A DNA stretch of 64,000 bases from Alphaproteobacteria bacterium (GTDB taxonomy: Bacteria > Pseudomonadota > Alphaproteobacteria > GCA-2731375): contig CBDDBZ010000039.1 in NCBI GenBank assembly GCA_965225945.1, positions 544,001 through 608,000 of the forward strand, in the 5' to 3' direction. The notes beneath the pieces were generated by a model that saw only the letters and a list, made by a program, of their open reading frames with translations, had not been told where the DNA came from and did not search any database. Shown here piece by piece: positions 31,810-40,369 of this stretch. The translations under genes were made by a program, and so were the position numbers. The stretch's first letter is position 1; the number at the start of each line of letters is the position of its first letter.

Positions 31810-32517
31810 ATGGCGCTGTTCGACGAACTCGAGACCGAACGCATCGAGGAGATGCTGCAGGCGGGAGCTGAGATCGAGGAATGCTACCGGGTGCTGCGCA
31901 AGGTCGACGCCAACATCGTCGGCGAGATTCTGAAAGGCCACGGCACCTTCTACGAATGGGATCACTACCCGCCGGGGGACGTCTTCGACGACGAGACCCA
32001 TTGCCAGTATTATTACCATTCGCACCGGCCGGAGGGGAGCGAGCACGGCCATTTCCACACCTTCGTTCGGGCCGGCGCCCTGCCCGCGGGGTTGACGCCC
32101 CTAGCCCACGAGGGCGAGGAGGAATGGCCCGCCGGCGACGACCGGATCGCCCATATCGTTGCCATCGCGATGGAGAAGCGGGGCTATCCGACCCATCTCT
32201 TCACCACCAACCGCTGGGTGACGGGCGAGACCTTCCATGCCGCCGACGGCGTGATCGGCGTGATCGACCGCTTCGATATCGATCACGCCTACCCCTCCTG
32301 GCCCGCCAACCGGTGGCTGACGGCCATGGTCAAATTGTTCCGCCCGCAGATCGAAGTATTGTTACGCCAGCGTGACGAAAAGATCGGTGAGTGGGCGGCG
32401 GCGCATCCGGGCGCGGACGTCTACGAGGACCGGGAGCTGGAGGTCACCTCGAAGTCACCGATTTCCGTCATCCGTCAGATCAAGACCCTAAGGACAGCCC
32501 TGCGCGGCCGGCGCTGA
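31810..32517 (+). CDS. His-rich conserved hypothetical protein (DUF6969-like)
   Basis: HYPPGDVFD, YYYHSH, EHGHFHTF and LFTTNRWVTGE motifs; family name from recall. Confidence 0.7.
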   Translation: MALFDELETERIEEMLQAGAEIEECYRVLRKVDANIVGEILKGHGTFYEWDHYPPGDVFDDETHCQYYYHSHRPEGSEHGHFHTFVRAGALPAGLTPLAHEGEEEWPAGDDRIAHIVAIAMEKRGYPTHLFTTNRWVTGETFHAADGVIGVIDRFDIDHAYPSWPANRWLTAMVKLFRPQIEVLLRQRDEKIGEWAAAHPGADVYEDRELEVTSKSPISVIRQIKTLRTALRGRR

Positions 32518-32533
32518 CGCCGAGGGTCGCTCC

Positions 32534-32667
32534 AGAGCAATATCCGAACGGATGGAACCAGTGCGGTTCAATCCGTTCGGATATTGCTCTATTCTTCAAG
32601 ATGTAGAGCAGCTTTATCCGCCAGTTGGATCGCTGAAAGCGATTTTCTTCTGGCGAATGCTGCTCTA
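32534..32667. repeat. Double-hairpin intergenic palindromic element (RIME/Bru-RS-like)
   Basis: Hairpin 1 (32534-32590) has a perfect 20-bp stem AGAGCAATATCCGAACGGAT; hairpin 2 (32604-32667) runs TAGAGCAGC...GCTGCTCTA. Confidence 0.8.
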
Positions 32668-32681
32668 GCGAGGAGCGAGGC

Positions 32682-33095
32682 ATGAGCGAGAAATTCGAGA
32701 AGTCCGAGGCCGAATGGCGCGCCGAGTTGAGCGAAGAGCAGTTCTACGTGACCCGGCTCAAGGGGACGGAGCAGCCCTTCACCGGCAAATACTGGAACGA
32801 GAAGCGCGAGGGCGTCTACGCCTGCATCTGCTGCGGCGAGGAACTCTTCCTTTCCGATCACAAGTTCGATTCCGGCACCGGTTGGCCCAGCTTCTGGCAG
32901 CCGATCGACAAGGCCAAGGTGCGCGAAGAGCACGACCACGGCCTCGGCATGCACCGGGTCGAGGTGCTGTGCGAGAAGTGCGACGCGCACCTCGGCCACG
33001 TCTTTCCCGACGGGCCCCGGCCGAGCGGCGCGCGCTATTGCCTGAACTCGGCCTCGCTGGCGCTGAAGGCGAAGCCGGGCGACGGCGAAGGATGA
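32682..33095 (+). CDS. msrB: Peptide methionine-(R)-sulfoxide reductase
   Basis: [21 protein letters not shown] and RYCLNS motifs; two CxxC zinc pairs. Confidence 0.97.
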   Translation: MSEKFEKSEAEWRAELSEEQFYVTRLKGTEQPFTGKYWNEKREGVYACICCGEELFLSDHKFDSGTGWPSFWQPIDKAKVREEHDHGLGMHRVEVLCEKCDAHLGHVFPDGPRPSGARYCLNSASLALKAKPGDGEG

Positions 33096-33136
33096 CGGGC
33101 GAGGCGGCGTTCCTGGACGACCTCGGGGCCTGAGCG

Positions 33137-34120
33137 GTGGCGTGGGCCGGCCGCCTCGGGTTTGCGCTGGCGGCCTCGATTCTCGCCGCGCCCGGGACAT
33201 CGCGCGCCGACGTCTGCGCCCTGGTCGACCGGGCGACGGCGGCGCGCGCGGCGGCGATATTGCGCGCCGCCGAACGATTGCTGGTCGACGATTGGTTCCG
33301 GCCGATTACGATTCGCCGGGTCGAAATTCGCGCCGAGCGTGGCCTCCACCGAGTGGTGGTGAACGCGGAGGTATCGCTCGATCTGGCTTACGCCTACGTC
33401 GACGACGGGGCATCGGGCTACCGGCGCGTCGGCGCCGCCCTCGATTGCTTCAGCCGCTGGCCCGATTCGATTCCGGCGACGCCCTTCACCTCCTCGGCCC
33501 CGGCGCGGTCTTGGCGGCCACCCGACAACCTGGCGGGCGAGCCCGGCGACGTCGGCATCCTCGGTCTGCTCGAACTCCCGGGCCTTGCGGACGATCCCCC
33601 GCGGCTGGACATCCGGGTCCATCCGGCCCCGAATACGGCGTCGCGGCCGATCCGCCGGCTCGGCCATCCGAGCGCCCTGGCGACGCGCGAGTTCGACTAC
33701 GAACGGCCGGGCGCGATCGTGCTTGCCCGGCACGCCGGCTGGTACCGAGTTCGCCTCCGCCGCGGTGTTGCCTGGATCCCGGAGGGCGAGGGCATGCGCT
33801 TTCACGCCGTGGCGGATCTCGTGCGGGACAACCTCGCCTATCTCACCGCCGCTTGGGACGGGCGGCTCCGGGCGGCGGCGGGGGTGGAGAAGGATGTTCG
33901 CTGGATCGTGCCGGCCTGGCGCAGGCGCATGGGCCATCCCATATCGGTGGAGCTGCGAGAGTCCCGCGAGCGTGGCGGGGAAACCTGGCTCCGGATCGCG
34001 ATTCCCTGGCCGCCGCCCTGCGACGGCGACGAGCCGACGCGGGTCGTCGCCGAGGGCTGGGTCCCGGCCAGGGCGGCGGACGGGCGGCTCGCCGTCTGGT
34101 TCTTCTCGCGGGGCTGCTGA
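33137..34120 (+). CDS. Hypothetical exported protein
   Basis: Signal-like N-terminus, SH3-like GWYRV/AWIP segments, C-terminal WFFSRGC. Confidence 0.6.
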   Translation: MAWAGRLGFALAASILAAPGTSRADVCALVDRATAARAAAILRAAERLLVDDWFRPITIRRVEIRAERGLHRVVVNAEVSLDLAYAYVDDGASGYRRVGAALDCFSRWPDSIPATPFTSSAPARSWRPPDNLAGEPGDVGILGLLELPGLADDPPRLDIRVHPAPNTASRPIRRLGHPSALATREFDYERPGAIVLARHAGWYRVRLRRGVAWIPEGEGMRFHAVADLVRDNLAYLTAAWDGRLRAAAGVEKDVRWIVPAWRRRMGHPISVELRESRERGGETWLRIAIPWPPPCDGDEPTRVVAEGWVPARAADGRLAVWFFSRGC

Positions 34121-34358
34121 GCCCCGTCGCGGGTGGTTCCGTCGGCTCGGACGATGCGCTAGCCTGGCCTCGCCCGCTCGGGTCGATTCGCCGGGGAACG
34201 GGTGGTCCGACCAGGTCGAGATCGGCTCGGTCGAGATCGGCTTCGGGCCGGGTTTCGAGGCGGGCGAATTCGGAGCGAAGCGAACGCGGAGCGACGACGC
34301 CATGGAACAGGTCAAGTGGGCCAACGGCTACCGGCTCCACTCGGCGGCGCGTCTCCTG

Positions 34359-35321
34359 ATGCCGGACATCAGCCGCACCGCCCAGCCGAAGCCGCGCGAC
34401 TACGCCTATGATCTGGAGGGCACGCTCGACGCCGTGCTCTCGCTCCGCTCGGAAATCCCGGAGGACGCCTTCACCGCCTCGATCCTCGGCACCGAGCGGG
34501 AAGGCCACGGGGTGCTGATCGGCGATGACGGCCTGGTGCTGACCATCGGCTATCTGATCGCCGAGGCGGCACAGGTCATGCTGGCGGCGATGAACGGCAA
34601 GGTCGCCGGGGCCCGGATCGTCGCCTACGACTACGACAGCGGCTTCGGCCTGGTCAGGGCCTCGGAGCCGCTCGACGTCCGGCCGATTCCGATCGGCATC
34701 TCGCGCGGCGTCGCCGTCGGCGACCGGATGGTGGTCGGCGGTCATGGCGGCACGGGCCAATCGCTGGCCGCCAAGGTGGTTTCCAAGCGGGAGTTCGCGG
34801 GCTATTGGGAGTATCTCCTGGACGAGGCGATCTTCACCGCGCCGCCGCATCCCAACTGGGGCGGCGCCGCGCTGATCGGCGAGGACGGCAAGCTCGCCGC
34901 CATCGGCTCGCTCTTCGTGCAGGACGCGGTGACCGGCGAACAGGCGATGCGCGGCAACATGTTCGTGCCGATCGACTTGCTCAAGCCGATCCTGCCGGAG
35001 CTTCTCGCCAATGGGCGGACCAGCAAGCCGACCCGGCCCTGGCTCGGCATGTTCACGACCGAGATCGAAGGCCATCTGGTGGTCGCTGGCCTGGCGCACG
35101 GCGGCCCGGCGGAGCGAGCCGACGTCCGGGTGGGCGACATCGTCTTGGGCGTCGCGGGCGAGGGCGTGCACAGCCTGGCCGAAATGCTGCGCCGGATCTG
35201 GTCGCTCGGCGGCGCCGGGATCGAGGTGCGCATGACCTTCCAGCGCGAGGACAAGCTGGTCGAGGCGGTGATCGATTCGGCCAACCGCTACGACTTCATG
35301 AAGGTCTCGCACCTCCACTGA
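34359..35321 (+). CDS. S1C/HtrA-like protease homologue with PDZ domain and a degenerate catalytic triad
   Basis: GHGVLI, LTIGYLI, PNWGGAAL and RPWLG motifs. Confidence 0.85.
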   Translation: MPDISRTAQPKPRDYAYDLEGTLDAVLSLRSEIPEDAFTASILGTEREGHGVLIGDDGLVLTIGYLIAEAAQVMLAAMNGKVAGARIVAYDYDSGFGLVRASEPLDVRPIPIGISRGVAVGDRMVVGGHGGTGQSLAAKVVSKREFAGYWEYLLDEAIFTAPPHPNWGGAALIGEDGKLAAIGSLFVQDAVTGEQAMRGNMFVPIDLLKPILPELLANGRTSKPTRPWLGMFTTEIEGHLVVAGLAHGGPAERADVRVGDIVLGVAGEGVHSLAEMLRRIWSLGGAGIEVRMTFQREDKLVEAVIDSANRYDFMKVSHLH

Positions 35322-35351
35322 CGGGGTGGCCGTGGCGAGGAGGAGAAGACG

Positions 35352-35858
35352 ATGGACGGGGCGGAACTGAAGGCGATACAGGCGCCGATCAAGGCGCGCT
35401 ACCGGGACCAGCCGGAGGCGGCGGTGATCACCCTCAGCGCCGAGGGCTCGATCGGCGAGGGCGTCACCTGTTCGGTGGAGACGGGGCGGGCGCTGGTCGA
35501 GGCGGGGCTGCACCCCGCGACCGGCGGCAGCGGCGCGCACGCGTGTTCCGGCGACATGCTGTTGCAGGCCCTCGTCGCCTGCGCCGGCGTCACCTTGAAC
35601 GCGGTGGCCACGGCGCTCGGCCTCGAGCTCGGGGATGCCCGGATCCGAGCCGAGGGCGATCTCGACTTCAAGGGGACCCTCGGCGTCGATCGCGATGCGC
35701 CCGTGGGTTTCCGCGACATTCGCCTTTGCTTCGAGCTCGACGGCGACCTCGACGCGGAGCAGACGGCGACGCTGATGAAGCTCACCGAGCGCTACTGCGT
35801 CGTCTACCAGACCCTGAAGGCGGCACCGCCGATCGAGGTCGCGGTCGGCGCCGGTTGA
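35352..35858 (+). CDS. OsmC family protein
   Basis: CSGDMLLQALVACAG, AEGDLDFKG and TERYCVV motifs. Confidence 0.9.
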   Translation: MDGAELKAIQAPIKARYRDQPEAAVITLSAEGSIGEGVTCSVETGRALVEAGLHPATGGSGAHACSGDMLLQALVACAGVTLNAVATALGLELGDARIRAEGDLDFKGTLGVDRDAPVGFRDIRLCFELDGDLDAEQTATLMKLTERYCVVYQTLKAAPPIEVAVGAG

Positions 35859-35870
35859 ACCGCGGCCCGC

Positions 35871-36749
35871 TCAGCCCATTTCCAGCATTTCCTCGACGTC
35901 GGCCGGTGTCGCCACCTCGCGGCCGGCGGCCCGCGCCATCCGGGCGACGCGAGTGACCAGCTCGGCGTTGCTCGGGCGGCCCTCGCCGACATAGGGATGA
36001 TCGCCGAGGCCGATCGAGACATGCCCGCCCCGCTCGATGATCTCGGGCGTGAGCGCCAGCAGGTCGCCACCGAAGTTGCAGGCGGCCCAATGCACGCGGC
36101 CGCCGCCCGGCAGCATGTCGAGATGCGCCCGCAGCCCCTCCGGCGTTCCCGGATGGCCGGCCAAGACCTCGCCGTCGGTCAGCACGAACAAGAGGAAGGC
36201 CGGCTCCGGCACCGCGCCCGTCTCCAGCAGCGCCAGCGCCTGGCGGGTGAAACCGATGTTCCACGAGACCAGGTAGTGCTTGACGCCCGCTGCAGCGATC
36301 TCGGCCGCGAAGTGTTGCAGGGTGCTCGTGCTGTTGCGGTAGATCAGATCGGTGGTGCGGAAGCGTTTCTCGGCCCGGAGGTAGCGGTCGATGTTGGTGC
36401 TGCCGGTATCCATCGGCGCGAAGTGGGGCCGGGTCGCCGGATCGCGCGCCAGCTCGACGATATGGCCGACCCGGGTCTCGGGCGGCGCGTCGAGGGTGAC
36501 GAAGCCCAGTGTCGGATGGGTCAAGATGTCGGAGCGCTCGCGGATCAGGCGGATGCCCTGGGCATAGGTCTCGGCGTCGTGGGCCGGCTCGCCCGCCGGG
36601 CCGCGGGCGTGAAAATGCACGATCGCGGCGCCGGCCTCGCGACATCTGACGGCGTCCTCGGCGATCTCCTCGGCCGTCCAGGGGACGTTGGCGTTGTCGA
36701 CCCGCATGGCGTATTCGTTGATCCGCGCCTCGATGATCAGCTTGTCCAT
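35871..36749 (-). CDS. Beta-keto acid cleavage enzyme (BKACE/DUF849) family protein
   Basis: VP.TAEEIA, AGAAIVHFHAR, GGHVSIGLGD and SNAELV motifs. Confidence 0.88.
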   Translation of the reverse strand: MDKLIIEARINEYAMRVDNANVPWTAEEIAEDAVRCREAGAAIVHFHARGPAGEPAHDAETYAQGIRLIRERSDILTHPTLGFVTLDAPPETRVGHIVELARDPATRPHFAPMDTGSTNIDRYLRAEKRFRTTDLIYRNSTSTLQHFAAEIAAAGVKHYLVSWNIGFTRQALALLETGAVPEPAFLLFVLTDGEVLAGHPGTPEGLRAHLDMLPGGGRVHWAACNFGGDLLALTPEIIERGGHVSIGLGDHPYVGEGRPSNAELVTRVARMARAAGREVATPADVEEMLEMG

Positions 36750-36765
36750 GGCTTTCCTCCCGGCG

Positions 36766-37101
36766 TCATTCGGCTTCGGCTTCGGCCTCGAGCACTTCCT
36801 TGGCGATTGCCGCCGCCGTCATCGCCGCCGGCCAGCCGGCGTAGATGGCGAGATGGGTGACCAACTCGACGATCTCCTCAGGCGTCACCCCGTTGGCGAG
36901 GGCGCGCACGATATGGCCCCGCATCTGCCGCTCGTGCCCCAGCGCCACCAGGCTGGCAAGCGTGATCAGGCTGCGATCGCGCTTCGAAAGGCCCGGCCGC
37001 TCCCAGATGTCGGCGTAGACGACCTCCTCGGTCAGTTCTACCAGCTTGGGGGCGAAGTCGCGGATGGCGTCGCGGCCGGCGGTGATCGAGAGCTTGGCCA
37101 T
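36766..37101 (-). CDS. Carboxymuconolactone decarboxylase family protein
   Basis: IWERPGLSKRDRSLIT and HLAIYAGWPAA motifs. Confidence 0.92.
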   Translation of the reverse strand: MAKLSITAGRDAIRDFAPKLVELTEEVVYADIWERPGLSKRDRSLITLASLVALGHERQMRGHIVRALANGVTPEEIVELVTHLAIYAGWPAAMTAAAIAKEVLEAEAEAE

Positions 37102-37219
37102 GTATCGTCTCCCTACTACAGTGGAAGCGAATACTAGCGCCTTTCAGGATCGGCCGGATTTTCCTGAAGGCGGAAACTGCTCTCACCTCCGGGCGAGGGA
37201 ACGCCGGCGGGAGAGCTCG

Positions 37220-38161
37220 ATGACCACAGGTTTCGAATTCGGCCTCGACGTCGGGGTTTACGGCCCCCTGGCGCTGCCGATTCACATTCTGCCGCTCGCC
37301 CGCCAAGCGGAGGGGGCGGGCTTCAGTTCGCTTTGGCTCGCCGATCACGTGGTGTTCCCCAAGCAGATCGATTCGAAATATCCCTATAGTCCCACCGGCG
37401 CCTTCCCCGTCGCCGCGACCGAGCCACTGATGGAGCCGATCGCGACCATGGCCGTGTTGGCCGGCGCCACCTCTCGCCTCCGCCTCGGCACCGCCGTTCT
37501 GGTCATGCCCTACCGCAATCCGGTGCTGCTGGGCCGGATGCTGGCGACCATCGACCAGTTCGCCGCTGGCCGTGTCGTGCTCGGCGCCGGCGTCGGCTGG
37601 CTGGAGGAGGAGTTCCTGGCCCTCGACGCCCGCGATTTCGCCGCCCGGGGCGCCGTCACCGACGAGTGCCTGGAGATCGTCAAGGCTGTCGCCGGCGGCG
37701 GGGTCGTGGAATATCGGGGCGAGCACTACGCCTTCGAGGCGATTGAGTGCCATCCGGGCTCCGTCACCCGACCGCACCCGCCGATCCTGATCGGCGGCAC
37801 CAGCAAACGGGCGCTGCGCCGTGTGGTGGAGCAGGGCGACGGCTGGCTTTCCGTCTCGCTCGACATCGCGGGGTTGCGCGAGCACCTCGGACGGCTCGAG
37901 GGGCTCTGCGAGGCCCGCGGCCGGGCCTTCGGCGAGCTGGAGCTGCAGCACAAGATCTTCCTCTCGATCGGCGAGGAGAAAGCCTCGCTCGACGGGACCC
38001 GGGCGCTCGGCACCGGAGCCGTGGAGACGATCCGCGACGACGTCAAACGAATTGCCGATCTCGGCTTCCGTGGCGTGATCATGCGCTATATCGGCCGCGA
38101 CGCGAACGAGCAGCAGGTCCAGATCGACCGCTTCGCCGACGAGGTCATGGCCCACGTCTGA
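37220..38161 (+). CDS. LLM-class oxidoreductase, resembling F420-dependent subfamilies
   Basis: WLADHVV.P..I.S.YPY, LGTAVLVMPYRNP, GVGWLEEEF and PPILIGG motifs. Confidence 0.85.
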   Translation: MTTGFEFGLDVGVYGPLALPIHILPLARQAEGAGFSSLWLADHVVFPKQIDSKYPYSPTGAFPVAATEPLMEPIATMAVLAGATSRLRLGTAVLVMPYRNPVLLGRMLATIDQFAAGRVVLGAGVGWLEEEFLALDARDFAARGAVTDECLEIVKAVAGGGVVEYRGEHYAFEAIECHPGSVTRPHPPILIGGTSKRALRRVVEQGDGWLSVSLDIAGLREHLGRLEGLCEARGRAFGELELQHKIFLSIGEEKASLDGTRALGTGAVETIRDDVKRIADLGFRGVIMRYIGRDANEQQVQIDRFADEVMAHV

Positions 38162-38228
38162 GGGAGACTTTCGAGGCGGACACTGAACCCGGGATCGCCC
38201 GGGAACCGGCCGAGGAGAGGAGAAGGGC

Positions 38229-38948
38229 ATGGCGCGAGACGGCATTGAGGCCTGCGTCTTCGACGTCTTCGGGACCGTCGTGGACTGGCGCGGCTCGCTC
38301 GCCCGCGATGGCCGGGCGCTGGGCGCCGCAAGGGGAATCGATCTCGACTGGGAACGCTTCGCCCGGGACTGGCGGGCGCTCTACCAGCCGGCGATGGAGT
38401 TGGTGCGGAGCGGCCAGATGGGCTTCGTCAAGCTCGACGTGCTGCATCGCCAGAACCTGGTCGAACTGCTGGCGCGCCACGCCATCGAGGCCCTGTCGGA
38501 GGCGGAGATCGATGACTTCAACCGCGCCTGGCACCGGCTCGATCCCTGGCCGGACGTGGTCCGGGGGCTGACCCGGCTGAAGTCCCGCTTCACCATCGCC
38601 ACGCTCTCCAACGGCAACGTGGCGCTGATCGTGGCCATGGCCAAGCGGGCGGGTCTGCCCTGGGACACGGTGCTGGGGGCCGAGGTGGCACGGCACTACA
38701 AGCCCCAGCCCGAGGCCTATCTGAACGCCGTCGATTTTTTGAGCCTGGAGCCGGCGCAAGTGCTGATGGTGGCGGCGCACAACGCCGATCTGGTGGCCGC
38801 GCGAGCCTGTGGCCTCTCGACCGCCTTCGTCGCCCGACCGACGGAATACGGCCCCGAGCAGAACCGCGACGCTAAGGCCGAGCACGATTTCGACTTTGTC
38901 GCCCGGGACTTCGGCGACCTCGCCGACCAGCTCGATTGTCCCGCCTGA
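38229..38948 (+). CDS. Haloacid dehalogenase, type II
   Basis: FDVFGTVVDW, LSNGN, YKP and MVAAH..DL motifs. Confidence 0.9.
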   Translation: MARDGIEACVFDVFGTVVDWRGSLARDGRALGAARGIDLDWERFARDWRALYQPAMELVRSGQMGFVKLDVLHRQNLVELLARHAIEALSEAEIDDFNRAWHRLDPWPDVVRGLTRLKSRFTIATLSNGNVALIVAMAKRAGLPWDTVLGAEVARHYKPQPEAYLNAVDFLSLEPAQVLMVAAHNADLVAARACGLSTAFVARPTEYGPEQNRDAKAEHDFDFVARDFGDLADQLDCPA

Positions 38949-38959
38949 AGGAGCCTGAA

Positions 38960-39841
38960 ATGACCGAATCCACTCACCGTTACGTCCGCCCCGAGCTGTT
39001 GATCGAGACCGAGGAGCTGGCGGCCGGGCTCGGCGCGCCGGGCTTGCGCCTGTTCGACTGCACGGTCCATCTCGACCCCGATCGGAAGCAGGTCTACACG
39101 GTCCGCAGCGGCCGCGCCGATTATGATGGCGGTCACATCCCGGGCGCCGTCTTCCTCGATATCCAGGCGGAGCTTTCGGTGGCCGACAGCCCTCTCCGCT
39201 TCACTTTCCCACCGACCCAACACTTCGCCGCCGCGATGTCGGCCCGAGGCGTCGGCCCGGAGAGCGAGGTGGTGCTCTACAGCAGCACCAAGGCACAATG
39301 GGCGACCCGGGTCTGGTGGATGCTCCGCGCCTTCGGCTTCGAGGGCGCCAGGGTCCTGAACGGCGGCCTCTCCAAGTGGCGGCGCGAGGGGCGGCCGCTC
39401 GACCGCGAAACACCCAGCCATCCACCGGCCACCTTCGAGGCCAGGCTTCGGCCCGAGATGGTGGCCGACAAAGCGGACGTGCTGGCCGCTCTCGACCAGG
39501 CGGGTTGTCTGTTGGTGAACGCGCTCAGCCCCGAAAAGCACCAGGGCGAGGGCATTCCTTACGGCCGCGCCGGGCGCATCGCAGGCTCCGTCAACCTGCC
39601 GGCCGACGACCTGTTGGACGCCGAAAGCGGCTGCTTCCTGCCGGCGGCGGCTCTGGAAGCGCGCCTCGCCCTGGTCGGGGTGCGCGACCACGCGCGCGTC
39701 ATCACCTATTGCGGCGGTGGCATCGCCGCGACCGCCGACGCCTTCGCCATGGCGCTACTGGGTCTGGACGCGGTGGCGATGTACGACGCCTCGCTCTCGG
39801 AATGGGCCAACGATCCGGCCCTGCCGATGGCGACCGGCTGA
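38960..39841 (+). CDS. Tandem-domain rhodanese / sulfurtransferase
   Basis: GHIPGA, RVWWML, YCGGG active-site loop and YDASLSEW motifs. Confidence 0.9.
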   Translation: MTESTHRYVRPELLIETEELAAGLGAPGLRLFDCTVHLDPDRKQVYTVRSGRADYDGGHIPGAVFLDIQAELSVADSPLRFTFPPTQHFAAAMSARGVGPESEVVLYSSTKAQWATRVWWMLRAFGFEGARVLNGGLSKWRREGRPLDRETPSHPPATFEARLRPEMVADKADVLAALDQAGCLLVNALSPEKHQGEGIPYGRAGRIAGSVNLPADDLLDAESGCFLPAAALEARLALVGVRDHARVITYCGGGIAATADAFAMALLGLDAVAMYDASLSEWANDPALPMATG

Positions 39842-39853
39842 GGCGGGCTGAGC

Positions 39854-40369
39854 ATGCCCACGATTCACGTCTCGAACCTGGCCGATCTCGAGGCTCGCCT
39901 CCATGCCGTCAGGCCGAGCCATCTGGTCTCGATGCTGGCCGACGACGCGTTTCCCGAAACGCCCGAGTGGATCGCCGACGCCGATCATTTGCGGCTCCGC
40001 TTCCACGACATCGCCGAGCCGCTGCCCGATCACGTGGCCCCGGGGGGGCATCACCTCCACTCGCTGATCGACTTCGCCCGGGGCTGGCCGGGCGAGGCGC
40101 CGATCGTCGTCCATTGCTTCGCCGGCGTCAGCCGCTCCACGGCCGCGGCCCTGACGGTGCTGGCATTGCACAATCCGGGCCGCGAGGCGGAGGCCGCGGC
40201 ACTGCTCCGGGCCCGCGCCCCGCACGCCTATCCCAATCGGCTGATGATCCGCCTGGTGGACGAGATCCTGGCGCTCGACGGCCGCCTGGTCGCCGCCGTC
40301 GAGGCCATGGAGGAGCCGGATTACCAGACCCTGGGAACGCTGGTGGAGCTCCCGCTCCGGCTGGAGTGA
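39854..40369 (+). CDS. Protein-tyrosine phosphatase-like protein
   Basis: HCFAGVSRS (CX5R) motif. Confidence 0.88.
   Translation: MPTIHVSNLADLEARLHAVRPSHLVSMLADDAFPETPEWIADADHLRLRFHDIAEPLPDHVAPGGHHLHSLIDFARGWPGEAPIVVHCFAGVSRSTAAALTVLALHNPGREAEAAALLRARAPHAYPNRLMIRLVDEILALDGRLVAAVEAMEEPDYQTLGTLVELPLRLE

Noticed and set aside
37138-37172. Hairpin between the divergent CMD and LLM genes
   Set aside because: Short imperfect stem with no second copy in the window; cannot be assigned.
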